From: Paraspadella gotoi
Taxonomy: Eukaryota; Animalia; Chaetognatha
Assembly (NCBI GenBank): GCA_051294375.1
Contig: CM119270.1
Span: forward strand, 17,301,070-17,365,069
Direction of reading: 5' to 3'
Length of the DNA: 64,000 nucleotides
Part shown: positions 1-11,825 of the stretch, piece by piece
How positions within the stretch are numbered: the first letter of the stretch is position 1
Layout: each line of letters opens with the position of its first letter
Position numbers and translations under genes: made by a program
Notes under the pieces: generated by a model
What the model saw: the letters and a program-made list of their open reading frames with translations, nothing else
What the model was told of the DNA's origin: nothing
Databases searched by the model: none

Positions 1-2890
1 CCCCATTACCTCTTAATATTATCCCTCAGCTCCTGAATCTCTCCCTCGGTAGCGCTGTCCTGATAACTGATCCTTCTCGATCGCGTTTCCCTTTTGTTCG
101 GTTCGGGTTTTCGTATCATCCGCTGGAGGTCGCAGGAACTCCTCGCCTTCCGCCCGCCCGCGCCTCCTCCGGTTCCTCCGCGGTCGTCGTCTCCGCGTCG
201 TCGTTCCGTCCGTCGGTCGTCGTCGTCGTCGTTGCTTTCGTCGTCGTCTTCNNNNNNNNNNNNNNNNNNNNNNNNNNNNNNNNNNNNNNNNNNNNNNNNN
301 NNNNNNNNNNNNNNNNNNNNNNNNNNNNNNNNNNNNNNNNNNNNNNNNNNNNNNNNNNNNNNNNNNNNNNNNNNNNNNNNNNNNNNNNNNNNNNNNNNNN
401 NNNNNNNNNNNNNNNNNNNNNNNNNNNNNNNNNNNNNNNNNNNNNNNNNNNNNNNNNNNNNNNNNNNNNNNNNNNNNNNNNNNNNNNNNNNNNNNNNNNN
501 NNNNNNNNNNNNNNNNNNNNNNNNNNNNNNNNNTGAGTTTTTTTCATATTTAGGCTTGACCTCAATCCTTAATCAAAATTATTTTTAAATTTCTTAGAAT
601 AAAATTTATTTAGCTTTTCCTTTCCACCGGAACGTCTTCATCGTTGTTCGCGNNNNNNNNNNNNNNNNNNNNNNNNNGTAGGATACTCTAATGAGACATC
701 CAAATACATCACAACACAATAATAAGTTGGTATAAGGGTGAATGAACCTTGTTTCCTCCTTAAAAAACAAAAAACATAAACGAGCGAGCGGATATTTTTT
801 TCTTTTCAGAAATTAAGTTTTATTCTCCGGCCGGTTTTTTTAATTCTTTATTCCGGTTCCGCCGGCGGGCAAGCTGCGGCCGCCGACGGCTGGCCGACGC
901 TCGCTCACCAGCCACGCGCCCCTTTCATTTCGTCTCGTGGTCGTGTCGTTTTTTTATAGTTGGGTGAATGACGCGAGTAATTCAGCCTGTCGAAATGGAT
1001 TTACCGAATCGAATCGACGCGTTCCAACCGACGCTGTTGTTTCAAAGGGGCCCCCCCCTAAACAAAGCAGTACCGTACGGCGCACCCGTGAAACTGAGCA
1101 GTCAGACCTGCTCTTTTTTTTGTTTCGTTTTTTTTTTTTTTTTCGCTAAATCGAGTTTCGGCAGAGAAACTATTTTTTTTCTGTTTCGTTTTTTTTTTTT
1201 GTTGTTTTCTGTTTTGTTTCTTTTTCGTTTGCCGTGTCGTTTTAAGGCTGGTCAAGAAAAAAATTCTCATGCGGATCTTTTTCTTTTTCTTTCCTCACTT
1301 TCACGTTCCCTCTATCTTAATTTTCCTTTTTAGGTCTTCCTGCTTCTCTCTCTTATATTTTCTTTTCTCTCTCTTTCTCTCTCTTTCTCCCCGCGCTCTC
1401 TTTCTCTCCTTTATCTATCTCCTCTCTCTCTCTCTTCCCGGGTCGTCCTCTCTCTCCTCTCTCGTCATCAGTCGCTATCTCTCCATCCCTTCTCTCTCCT
1501 CTCATCTCCTTCTTCTCTCGGTCTTCTCTGCTCTGTTCGTCCTCCGTCAGATGACAGTTTCCTGCTCGCCGCGCAGTTGTTCTCTCGCGGGTATTCCACC
1601 AAACCGCCAAGAACAAATCATTTCTTAACTCTTGAATGTCTCCCTTTCTCTCCCCCCTCTCCCCTCAACCTACCATTGGTAACGACCTCTTATATTATCC
1701 CTCCGCTCGCTGAATGAGAGGTAGCGCTGTCCTGATCAACTGATCCTAATCTCGATCCGCGTTTCCCTTTTGCTCCGGTTTCGGGTTTTCGTATCATCCG
1801 CTGGAGGCGCAGAGAACTCCTCGCCTTCCCGCCCGGCCAAGAGCGCCCGGCGCCTCCTCCGGTTCCTGCACCGCGGTCCGTTCGTCTTCCGCATGTGGCC
1901 GGGAGTCGGACGTGAAGGTGGATGTCGGGCAGATGGGTCGAGGTCGTCCGTCAGTCGGTGTCGGTCGTCGTCGTTGCTTTCCCGTCGTCGACTTCGTCGT
2001 CGTCGTTTCGTCGTCGTCCGATTGCAGAGTTCGGCTCGGGAAATTCCTTTTTTTGAGTTTTTTCTCAAAAGTCACTTCTTTGTTATCGGGATTGGATATT
2101 TGATGAGGTGCATCTGGGGTGGAGGTGGGGGTGTGGAAATGGGTGGGAGGGGAAGAGGTATTGGAGAGGGTGTTGGGCGGGTTGTGGGGAATGGGGCGTT
2201 TAAGGGGCACTTGTGTTCAAAACGTTGGATTAAGGGTGTATGGTGATAGGAGATCTTTCTCTTGCGTTACAGGGTAGGCATAAATTAAAAAAAACAAAAA
2301 AAAAAAATATTCATTATTTTAATGGAACTTGACTCGCAGCTGGAAGGCGGGAGGCTCGAGAAAGGTCATCAGTGAGTAGATGAGGCAGTAGGCGGTCGAT
2401 TAATAGACGATTGCGTATACGTCGTACTGGAACACGATGCGAGATTGACTCATTACGCTTCGCTCCAGGTCCGCAGCACAGGGTTCTGCGGCGTTCGAGT
2501 GTACGTGCGGAGTAGGTATATTGCGCGCTACGCGGAGCTCGTAGAGTATGCTTCGAAAGTGCATTCCATGGCGCGCGATTGGCACTATGATAGGCCGGAG
2601 GGTTGAGATCAGGGTCATTGTTAAGCGTATGTTCTGCGTGATTTCCGAGCTATATCCAGACGCACTCCCCGGCCGCATAAAGGTGAGGCTTGCGCGTCGT
2701 GAATTCGCGCGGATGTTGTCCGGGCGTATGCCGCGGACCGGCTCTGGAGAATGCGAAGGTACGGTCGTCGGTATTTTTTTTTTTCATATTTAGTCTTGAC
2801 TTCAATCCTTAATCAAAATTATTTGAAAATTTTTAGAATAACTTCTTTTGCTTTTCCTTCCACCGGAACTTCTTTATCGTTGTTGCCTCT
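1..2890 (+). repeat. Direct duplication: 1-250 matches ~1685-2010, and 534-652 matches ~2775-2890
   Basis: Shared strings such as 'tagcgctgtcctgat...ggttttcgtatcatccgctggagg' and 'tcaatccttaatcaaaattattt' occur twice with indel differences; the first copy flanks an N gap. Confidence 0.8.
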
Positions 2891-5842
2891 TATTTCTTTG
2901 AATACAAATTCCCTCCTTCTTCTCTTTAAAAAAAAAAAAAGAAGAATCATTTTGATCGAAACGACAGATTTTCGACGTTTGATTTCGTTTCGGTTCTCGA
3001 TTTTGCTTTTTCTCCATCAGTTCGCTCTACCTCTTTCTACATCAACTCCCTCTCTCAACATCATCATAATTTCTCCAACAACTCGTTTCTCAACTTTCTC
3101 ACGCCCTTACATTCTGGTTAACACTCAAGGTTAATTCAGGTCATGACACGTAGAAAATTAACTTGGCGTCGTGTATGCACCCAGAAAAAAAAAATCATTA
3201 TCTCTGTAACATCATAGTTTTCTTTGCAGTTGAACAAAAAAATCAATGCAAGACCCTCTCTGGTTGTTAAGATATGACTAAATACAGAATAATGATTAGA
3301 GATTCAAATATCATAATCGCTCTATAAACCGTTTTGTCGGTTTGTCCCGTCACCCTTCATATCTTGTCCGTAAATTACTTGGTTCATATTAGAATACCGA
3401 ATTATAAAAAAAATATGAAAACAAATTGGGTCCTTCCGTCCTTCCATACATCCATTCATCCAGAAGATTGAAAAATACAAGAAAAAATCTGCATGGGTAA
3501 GTTTCGCTATGTTAAATTTCATCGTGTCTTATGTAGTTCAGGTTAATTAAGGTGAATTGATAAATCGTGAAAATAAAAGCGTGTGAATTATTATGTTTTA
3601 ACTATTTGTTTTTTTTCGCCGAGATGTATGTTTTCATTAGTCCTCCAAACTTCAACCTGTCAGCCTATCCTCAGCGGCAGCGTCAGCGGCCTCACCTTCA
3701 ACATCAAATCCTTTTGTACAACAGCAGCAGCATCGGCCTTACCTTCACCATCATCTCGTTCGGGGGCAGCAGCAGTGTCGCCACCCCCTGAATGAGCTGC
3801 GCCAAGTCCATGCGGCGGCTCGTCGTCGCCGTCGCCGAGGGCGCCGTCAACAGCGTCGTCGGCGTCAGGGACTTGCGCAGCGCCACCTTCGCGTCGGAGG
3901 CGCCGTCTTCCGGTTGAACCTCGAGGTGGGGCGTGGCCGTCGAGACCGTCAGACGTCGACGCTGCGATCGAGGGGGGGGGTTGGGGAAGATGGGGCGAAG
4001 GTGGGTAAATTGATGAAGTGAGAGGTTGAATGAAAATCGGTGGAAGAAGGTGAGCGAGTTGTTTTTTAAAGTTTTTTAAAGTCTGTCATTTGTCGATTCA
4101 AGAAATAAGTCAATTGTCTATTTTCATTTTGATAAAACACTCATTTGTCATTTATTGTAATTTCAATTGAATTCATTTATGTCACATTTGTCTTTTAAAT
4201 TTAAGTCAGTCATTTGTCATTTAAATAAGTCAAAAATATAAAGACCGCGTTTGTCCCTTGTCATTTAAAGAAGCCATTCAGTCAGTCATAACGACTGACC
4301 TGACCCGGCTCCAACACCCTCGTTAACAATCACTCAGCGATGGAACCCTTACGACCTTACTCTTTCGTCTCTCTCTCTCTCTCTCTCTCTCTTGAGGAAG
4401 GACGAACGAGAAGGGAGGACCGGAGCCGAGAGAGGAGAGAGAGGAGACGAGCGGTGAATTCGACTTGAAGGATCGGAGGACGACGGAGATGAGGAGAGAG
4501 GTGGGATTGGGGAATCAGTCCGGAGGGACGGAGAGCGAGGAGGAAGAGACGANNNNNNNNNNNNNNNNNNNNNNNNNCTCTCCCCTCACCGCCGGGGGGT
4601 TAGCGTTGCTGAAGGGACAGAGTAAGGAGGAAGAAGAGAAGACGGTTCCGTCGTTGTTGTTGTTGTTCGCGGCGGAGGAAGAGGAGGGGGAGGAGGATGA
4701 CTCGGAGGACACGCTGATCCGAGTCAAGACTGCGACCGATTCCAAGAGATTCTTGGTGTCGTCGTCGTCGTCGTCGTCAATGTCCACGTGGATGCGGCGG
4801 AGGATTCGTCTGTTGTTGTCGTCCGAGTCAGCGGCCCCGCCGCCGCCGCCGCCGCCGCCGCCNNNNNNNNNNNNNNNNNNNNNNNNNNNNNNNNNNNNNN
4901 NNNNNNNNNNNNNNNNNNNNNNNNNNNNNNNNNNNNNNNNNNNNNNNNNNNNNNNNNNNNNNNNNNNNNNNNNNNNNNNNNNNNNNNNNNNNNNNNNNNN
5001 NNNNNNNNNNNNNNNNNNNNNNNNNNNNNNNNNNNNNNNNNNNNNNNNNNNNNNNNNNNNNNNNNNNNNNNNNNNNNNNNNNNNNNNNNNNNNNNNNGGA
5101 GAGAGAGAGAGAGAAAGAGAGAGGAAGAGAGGGAGAGAGAGATTTTGATTTGATTTAATTTATTATGTTCGAAATGTGAAAGTTTAACACAGTAACAATT
5201 GTTAATGAGCTGTACATATTTATGTATGTAACCATTATTTAAAGAAATGTAAAATAAGTTAACAATAAAATTACAAATTACAAATTACAATTTCATTGTT
5301 TACACATAGAGAGAGAGAGAGGCGGATTTGGCATGATTGGCACACAGCCCTCCCAAGTTCCCATACCTGAAAGGACCACCGCTCGTCCAGCGTGGCCCGG
5401 CGGGACGGGATTCCTCGTCGGACGATCTCGGGGCCGGGCAAGAGGTCGCCGTGCCGCGGGGGCANNNNNNNNNNNNNNNNNNNNNNNNNNNNNNNNNNNN
5501 NNNNNNNNNNNNNNNNNNNNNNNNNNNNNNNNNNNNNNNNNNNNNNNNNNNNNNNNNNNNNNNNNNNNNNNNNNNNNNNNNNNNNNNNNNNNNNNNNNNN
5601 NNNNNNNNNNNNNNNNNNNNNNNNNNNNNNNNNNTACTACATTAAACAGAGAGTTAAAAACAAGTCCCGGACACTCGCTCCCCCCCAGGCCAGTAGGGAA
5701 ACAAAGAAAAGTCAAGAGCGNNNNNNNNNNNNNNNNNNNNNNNNNNNNNNNNNNNNNNNNNNNNNNNNNNNNNNNNNNNNNNNNNNNNNNNNNNNNNNNN
5801 NNNNNNNNNNNNNNNNNNNNCAAAAGCGTGCGAGATAAAGGG

Positions 5843-5936
<94 letters not shown>

Positions 5937-6480
5937 AGAGAATAGTTTCAGATGTTTACTGGAACCTTCGCGACTGGAAGAAAATGAGAAGGTCGTAAAG
6001 CGTGGGAAGGTTGGGAAGGTAAGTCCAAAGTGAGAAACGGTGGTCGCGTTTCCGAGCTGGAAAAAAGAATGAAAACAGGGAGTCACGTTTCCTCGATTGA
6101 CTCGAAAAGAAATAAAAAAAAAATGAGGGAGGACGAAGTCGAGGTCATTTGGTTCCATTTTCCGCGGTTCCAATGGATCCTAGTCTCCTCCTTCAAATGG
6201 ATCTTAGGCTCCTCCTTCAGGGTCAAATCATCCGACCCTAAACTGGGGGCGGAAGATGTGGACGAACCCTGGGTCACGGAGATTCAGTTTCTTGCCACGC
6301 CCTTTTCTCCTTTCCTCGGACGCGCCGCGTCAAAAATCGTGGCGCTACCTATTGAGGCTGAAAGATTTTATTGACGTGACTCGCGCCCTCCCAACGTCAG
6401 CGTCAAAACGGTCCGTCAGAGCAGCAGCCGTTGGGTCGACTCGCCCACCCGCGCAGCAGCCACCTCACCAAAACAACGAC
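1736..6480 (-). CDS. Fragments of a putative multi-exon gene encoding an uncharacterised Ser/Pro/Asp-rich protein
   Basis: GC-rich minus-strand segments end in donor-like sites. ~5464-5367 reads PPRHGDLLPGPEIVRRGIPSRRATLDERWSFQ|gtatgg. ~4860-4300 reads GGGAADSDDNNRRILRRIHVDIDDDDDDDTKNLLESV...SSLPPRSPSLRTDSPIPP. ~3961-3743 reads cag|RRRLTVSTATPHLEVQPEDGASDAKVALRKSL...MDLAQLIQGVATLLLPPNEMMVK|gtaagg. Interrupted by N gaps; no family recognised. Confidence 0.4.
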
Positions 6481-7175
6481 AGGTAACAACAAAAGAATCG
6501 ATTTTAGTTTTGTTTGCGCTAGAGGATCAACGTTTGTTTGCTCCACCAGATGGAACTTTAGACTTGCGCGCTTTTGTAAACTTAAATCCGATGGAATCAA
6601 ACAAAACCGTCGACGGGACTGAGGACCGCGATTCCATTAAAAAGGGTTAGATAATAGTTATATGTTTACTCCGTATGCCCGTTTTTTGTAATTTATGTTC
6701 GACTGTTCGTCTGTTTGATTTTTAACCGTCAAAAGTTATAACTATTCTAACTATAACTATATAACTAAAACTATTAACTATGACATATATTCCATATTCT
6801 ATATTACAAATTGTGTTTTTATAAAATTATGTATCATTGAACATTATTTATTTATTTTTTATGGAGCTGGAGTTAAAACTTTTTGCCCGAACTGGAGTTG
6901 GAGCAAGAGCTGAGCTGAAAAGGGCCAGCTCCACATCCCTGCTACATGTACTCAAAAATACATTTTACTTTTCTTAGACTTGCAATGACAATTAGATTTT
7001 TTCAGTACAAACAAAAGATAAAGTAACGCAAAAGCCAATCTGTTGGTGTTACGTCTTAGCGCACTAGATAATAACACTTCTACCGACGCCGTTGTCCCGT
7101 TTCTCACCAACTCGATCTTGTCTTCCGTTTGTTTGTTTATCTTTTGTTTATATCCTCGCGGAGGCGTTGCCGGGC

Positions 7176-7225
<50 letters not shown>

Positions 7226-10063
7226 GTCGTCCGCGTTTTGTCTTCTCCTGTTTACTTCGCGACCTTCGGCGCAAAACATTCGCCGACGCGGTTAATCGTC
7301 ATGGAGACGGGGTGTGGAAGAGAAAGGAGAAGAGAAGAAAGGGATGTTGAAGGGTAGGTAAACTTTCTAGACTGAGTGAGGTAAGTCGGGAGAGTACAAT
7401 CCTTTTTTATTTTTTAAATGTGGGGTTTTTTTGGATCTGAGAGGAGAGTCGCCCACTCATGAGTGCGAAAATGACAAATGATGACAAAGGACTGACAATG
7501 ACCGACAAAAAGAGATGACATTGACGAGACTTTCCGAAGAGACGATTTTAAGACAATCTTAAGATTATTTATAAAGCGACTTAAAATCCAAGAATAGAGT
7601 TATAGTCCTCGATTTACATTCTCACTGTCACGACCCGAGTGATAGATGTCAGCAAATGACATTCGCACTTTCGATTTCGTTCCATTCGTTTCGATAATCG
7701 GAAACTAAAAATAGATTCGCCTCAGGTCGGGGGAAAAGCTTTTACTCCTTGTACCTATTTACAAGTGAAGGTATTATAGTAATATTGTTTTATTGTTTTA
7801 TGTGTACCTAATCTTAATTCAATTGTTACTAAAACCTCCCAATAATCATGATACTACAGTTGCGTCCTCAAAGTAGGCAAAATTTAAAATTTAAAATTTA
7901 ACAGTATGAAAACGATTCTATACAATCTCGTCCCGTCCTCATTTTTTACTCCCCCCCCCCAGATTCTCACCTGAAAAGATAAAAAAAATCCTTTTTCACA
8001 AATTCTTCGTCATTTTCGATCGATTCCCTTTTTTTCGACTTAAGTAGTTTTCGACGACGAACAAAGATGACGCTTCTGCCGAGCAAAACCGTTCATTTGC
8101 ATAAAAAAAAAAGGACTACGAGCGTAGACGGAGGGAGAGCGAGAGAGAGAAAAGAGAGAGAGAGAGAGAGAGGGAGAGGAAGAGAGTGAAGAAAAGTTAA
8201 GAGAGATAGAGAGATAGAGAGTTTGTATTCCAAAATTTCTTTCTAATGTCGTCGTTTTCGTCGTAGACGCGAAACCAGCGACGCCAAAGACAAGCTCGAT
8301 TTTTCGGTCAAGAGCGAATTTTAAAATAAACGATAATAATAATCACAAAATATTTAGACGGATTTTCTTTAATTTATGATTAAAAAGTATTCGTCGTTTA
8401 ACTATTGATAATAATTTTTTTTGGTTGTAGTAAAATCCAAGTATTTCTTTGGTTTCGTTTTCTTGTATTAAATAATGATATAATCCAGATAAATAGTACT
8501 ATTAGTATCCGATATAGTTGGTTGTTTTTTTTTTTTCACGCAAGGACGTCACGCTTAAATATGTTTTTTTTTCGCGTAGCGTTTCTACAGATACGGCACT
8601 AGATATGGAAATCTACAGATACGTTCGCCACGAAGAATCAGACGATATGAGAGTCAATATTTCCGTAGGTAGTCTTGATGATGTTGTTGTTGTTGTTGTT
8701 GTAAACTTGGTGGATTGGTGTGGTATCTTTTATTTTGTAGTGAAGACTTGGTTACGGACTTGACTTGATCATGCACGGGCAAGCAGGTTCATCTGGAGAG
8801 AGGGGGAACATGGATTGTATTTTGTTTTTTTTTAAAAAATATTAATAAAAGTATTTTGCTTAGAATATTCAGTATTCAAAATATTTTATATTCATAAAAA
8901 GAGTTACTGGCTAGAGGCAATGCAATTGGCACAAAACTTTCTTTTCAGAGAATAAAAAAAATAGATAGAAAACATTTGAAACTAAAAATTTTCTAAAAAC
9001 ATAAAAAAAAGCGCAACTATATTTAGCCTCGAGATTTTGACGAATTTTTGGGTAAATGAAAAAAATGCGGAATACATCTGAGACTAGAGACGGAGGCGGA
9101 GGGCGCTACCGACGGAACATCTGTGTCGTCGTCGTTTTCGTCGTCGTTTACCTCTCTTTGATTTTCGATTTTAATCGTCATCGAAATTCATTCTTCGTCG
9201 TCGTTGTCTTCATCAAATCAAAATTCGTAGTCTGATTTTTTCATCTTTATCAATGCTATTTTTTGCTTTTTCGTCGTCGTCATCGTCGTCGTCGTCGTCG
9301 TCGCCCGCATTTTTCTTCCAATGAATCCGGCGCCGAAGTCAAGATTGAACTGTCATGACCACGCCCCGGCGCCCCGGCGCCCATATGCTTTTTAGTGTTC
9401 GTCAATTTGAGCACGCGACCGTCTCGCCCCATATGCGCCGGTTTTTTTTACAGCGCGCGCTCATGATTTTTTTTAGTGGGGGGGGGGGCGCCATGTCGAA
9501 CACTTTCCCCTGATTGGTTTTAGATATAAAATTTTTCGAATATATAATTAAAAGGGTTTATTCTTTGTACCTATATTTAAACTACAATGAATATTGTAAA
9601 TTTGTTACACTTCAATATACGAAATTGCTAAAACCAATATAAACATTATTCATTCATTCAATAAATAATCTATCTTGCCCTTGACTTTGGACTGGCTAAG
9701 TTGGTTTAAGGCCTCCATCCCTCTGACAAAATAATAACATAGCAGGACCCTGGTAGCTTTAAATCATGACTTTCTCGCTTTCTCGTTAATCAACTCCCAT
9801 AATGATTGGCTGCTCTATCAATGAAGTGATATAATATTTTTTTTATTTGTTTCGTAGACGTAAATTATAAATTAATTTTATATACTATAGATCTATTGCT
9901 CTTCGTAATGTTTTTTTTTAATACAATTTGACTCAACAAACATTGAAAAAAAAAAAAAAAACTTTCGTAAAAATTTTGAGCCTAAAATGAAGTCGTACGG
10001 AAGAAGTAAATTTTTTTATTCCATTTTTTGTTCTTCGGAACTTTTTTTTCGCAACAGAAGAAA

Positions 10064-10148
10064 ATGAAGGGGAATCTTTGGCTGATCGCTGATGCTTATT
10101 GCGTTGCGCCGTTGTCTTTGGAAGGCGTCTGGAGAAGCGTAGGGAAAG

Positions 10149-10227
<79 letters not shown>

Positions 10228-10400
10228 AGAGAAAAGACGGGATGCACCTTTTTTTTATTTATTTATTTATTTTATTTATTATTATTCAGTAAGCTAAAAA
10301 GAGAGATAGGGAAAGATAGAAAGATAAATAGATAGAAAGATAAATAGATAAATAAAATAGATAGATAGATAGAATAGATTAGATAAATAGATAGATAGAT

Positions 10401-10484
<84 letters not shown>

Positions 10485-11773
10485 AATAGATAGAAAGATA
10501 AAATAGATAGTAGATAGATAGATATAGATAGATAGATAGATAGATTAGACAACCCGTTAAAAGATCATTATCTATTCATTATCCATTTCCACTCAGCGAC
10601 GCATTCACGGAAAAAGGCGTGGGATTTCGTCGACGCCGACGACAGCGACGACTACATCGACGTCGAACACAAAGATGGCGCCTACGTCGGAATGAGGGCG
10701 GCGCCACGCCCGCTGCGGGGATTTAAGAGGTCGGATTATTTAGATTTGGCGATTTCATTTCAAAAAATGTGTAGAAACGTTCCGACGAAATTTTTAGTCG
10801 CGAATATCGATGTTGATATTGATATTTATTATATTAAAAAAAAAAATTGCTAAACCATCTTAAACTCACAATTATTAACTTTATCCGCGGTGTACGAAAA
10901 ACTATTCTCGGAAAAGCTTCAACCGTTTTATTAACGTTAATATGAAATTGGTAAAACCAAAAATTCATTCATTATTAAATGAGCAAGCTCTTTTTCCACC
11001 CGACCGGACTGGTAAAGCCGTTCAACCCAATTTTATATCACTGGTTGGTATTAACTAAGTCACGTCACAGTTAACAAACTAAGTTTTCTAGATTCCTCAT
11101 TTCTTAACTTTCAAAATTTAAACGTAAAATTGAGATCCAGGATCATNNNNNNNNNNTTAACTAAGTCACGTCGCAGTTAACAAACTAAGTTTTCTAGATT
11201 CCTCATTTCTTACCTTTCAAAATTTAAACGTAAAATTGATATCATAACAGAAGCCCAAATACTAGCAATTACGAGCTCTTCGCTCGACTGAGCCGTGTTT
11301 TGCAAGCAGCGTCTTCATACTAAGATGTCTGTAATGTAATTGGTTTGAGATAAATTATTGATTACTTTTTATCGCTTCATGTTTAAATATTTTCTATTTT
11401 TCTATTTTATAATATTAATGTTTAAGGTTTTACTATTTAATCTATATATAAATTCTATTTTCAGAGTTGATCACCATCCGTTGTCGGAAAAGATTCGATC
11501 CAGAATGGGAGGTATTCAAGTTTAATGTCATGTCATGCGAGGTAATGTTAAATCGTGGCTTCTACTGAAAAATAATTTCCCTGAAGATATGATCAGTGGT
11601 CACGTGATTACATTTTTTTTATTGTCAGCGTCAAACGTTCAAGACGACGACGACGACGAAGACGACGTCATTCACGTGATTCGTCGTCCTCTTCACGCTG
11701 ACGATCACCATCACGACGAAGAGAGTCACGGGGTGCTGCATCACCTGGGCAGCAAGTTGAAGCATGTGAGAGA

Positions 11774-11825
<52 letters not shown>

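Noticed and set aside
94-588. ORFs spanning N runs (also at 4.5-5.8, 26.5, 41.2, 48.7, 53.4 and 54.3 kb)
   Set aside because: Their length is due to assembly gaps translated as X.
2300-2760. GPCR TM6/TM7-like text on the minus strand (QNIRLTMTLIS...AYCLIYSLM)
   Set aside because: Only a short resemblance in noisy sequence with a stop; no other GPCR segments seen.
6860-6945. ggagctggag...gctccacatccctg, resembling the end of a common invertebrate MITE
   Set aside because: Only one degenerate end is visible, with no partner TIR or second copy in the window.
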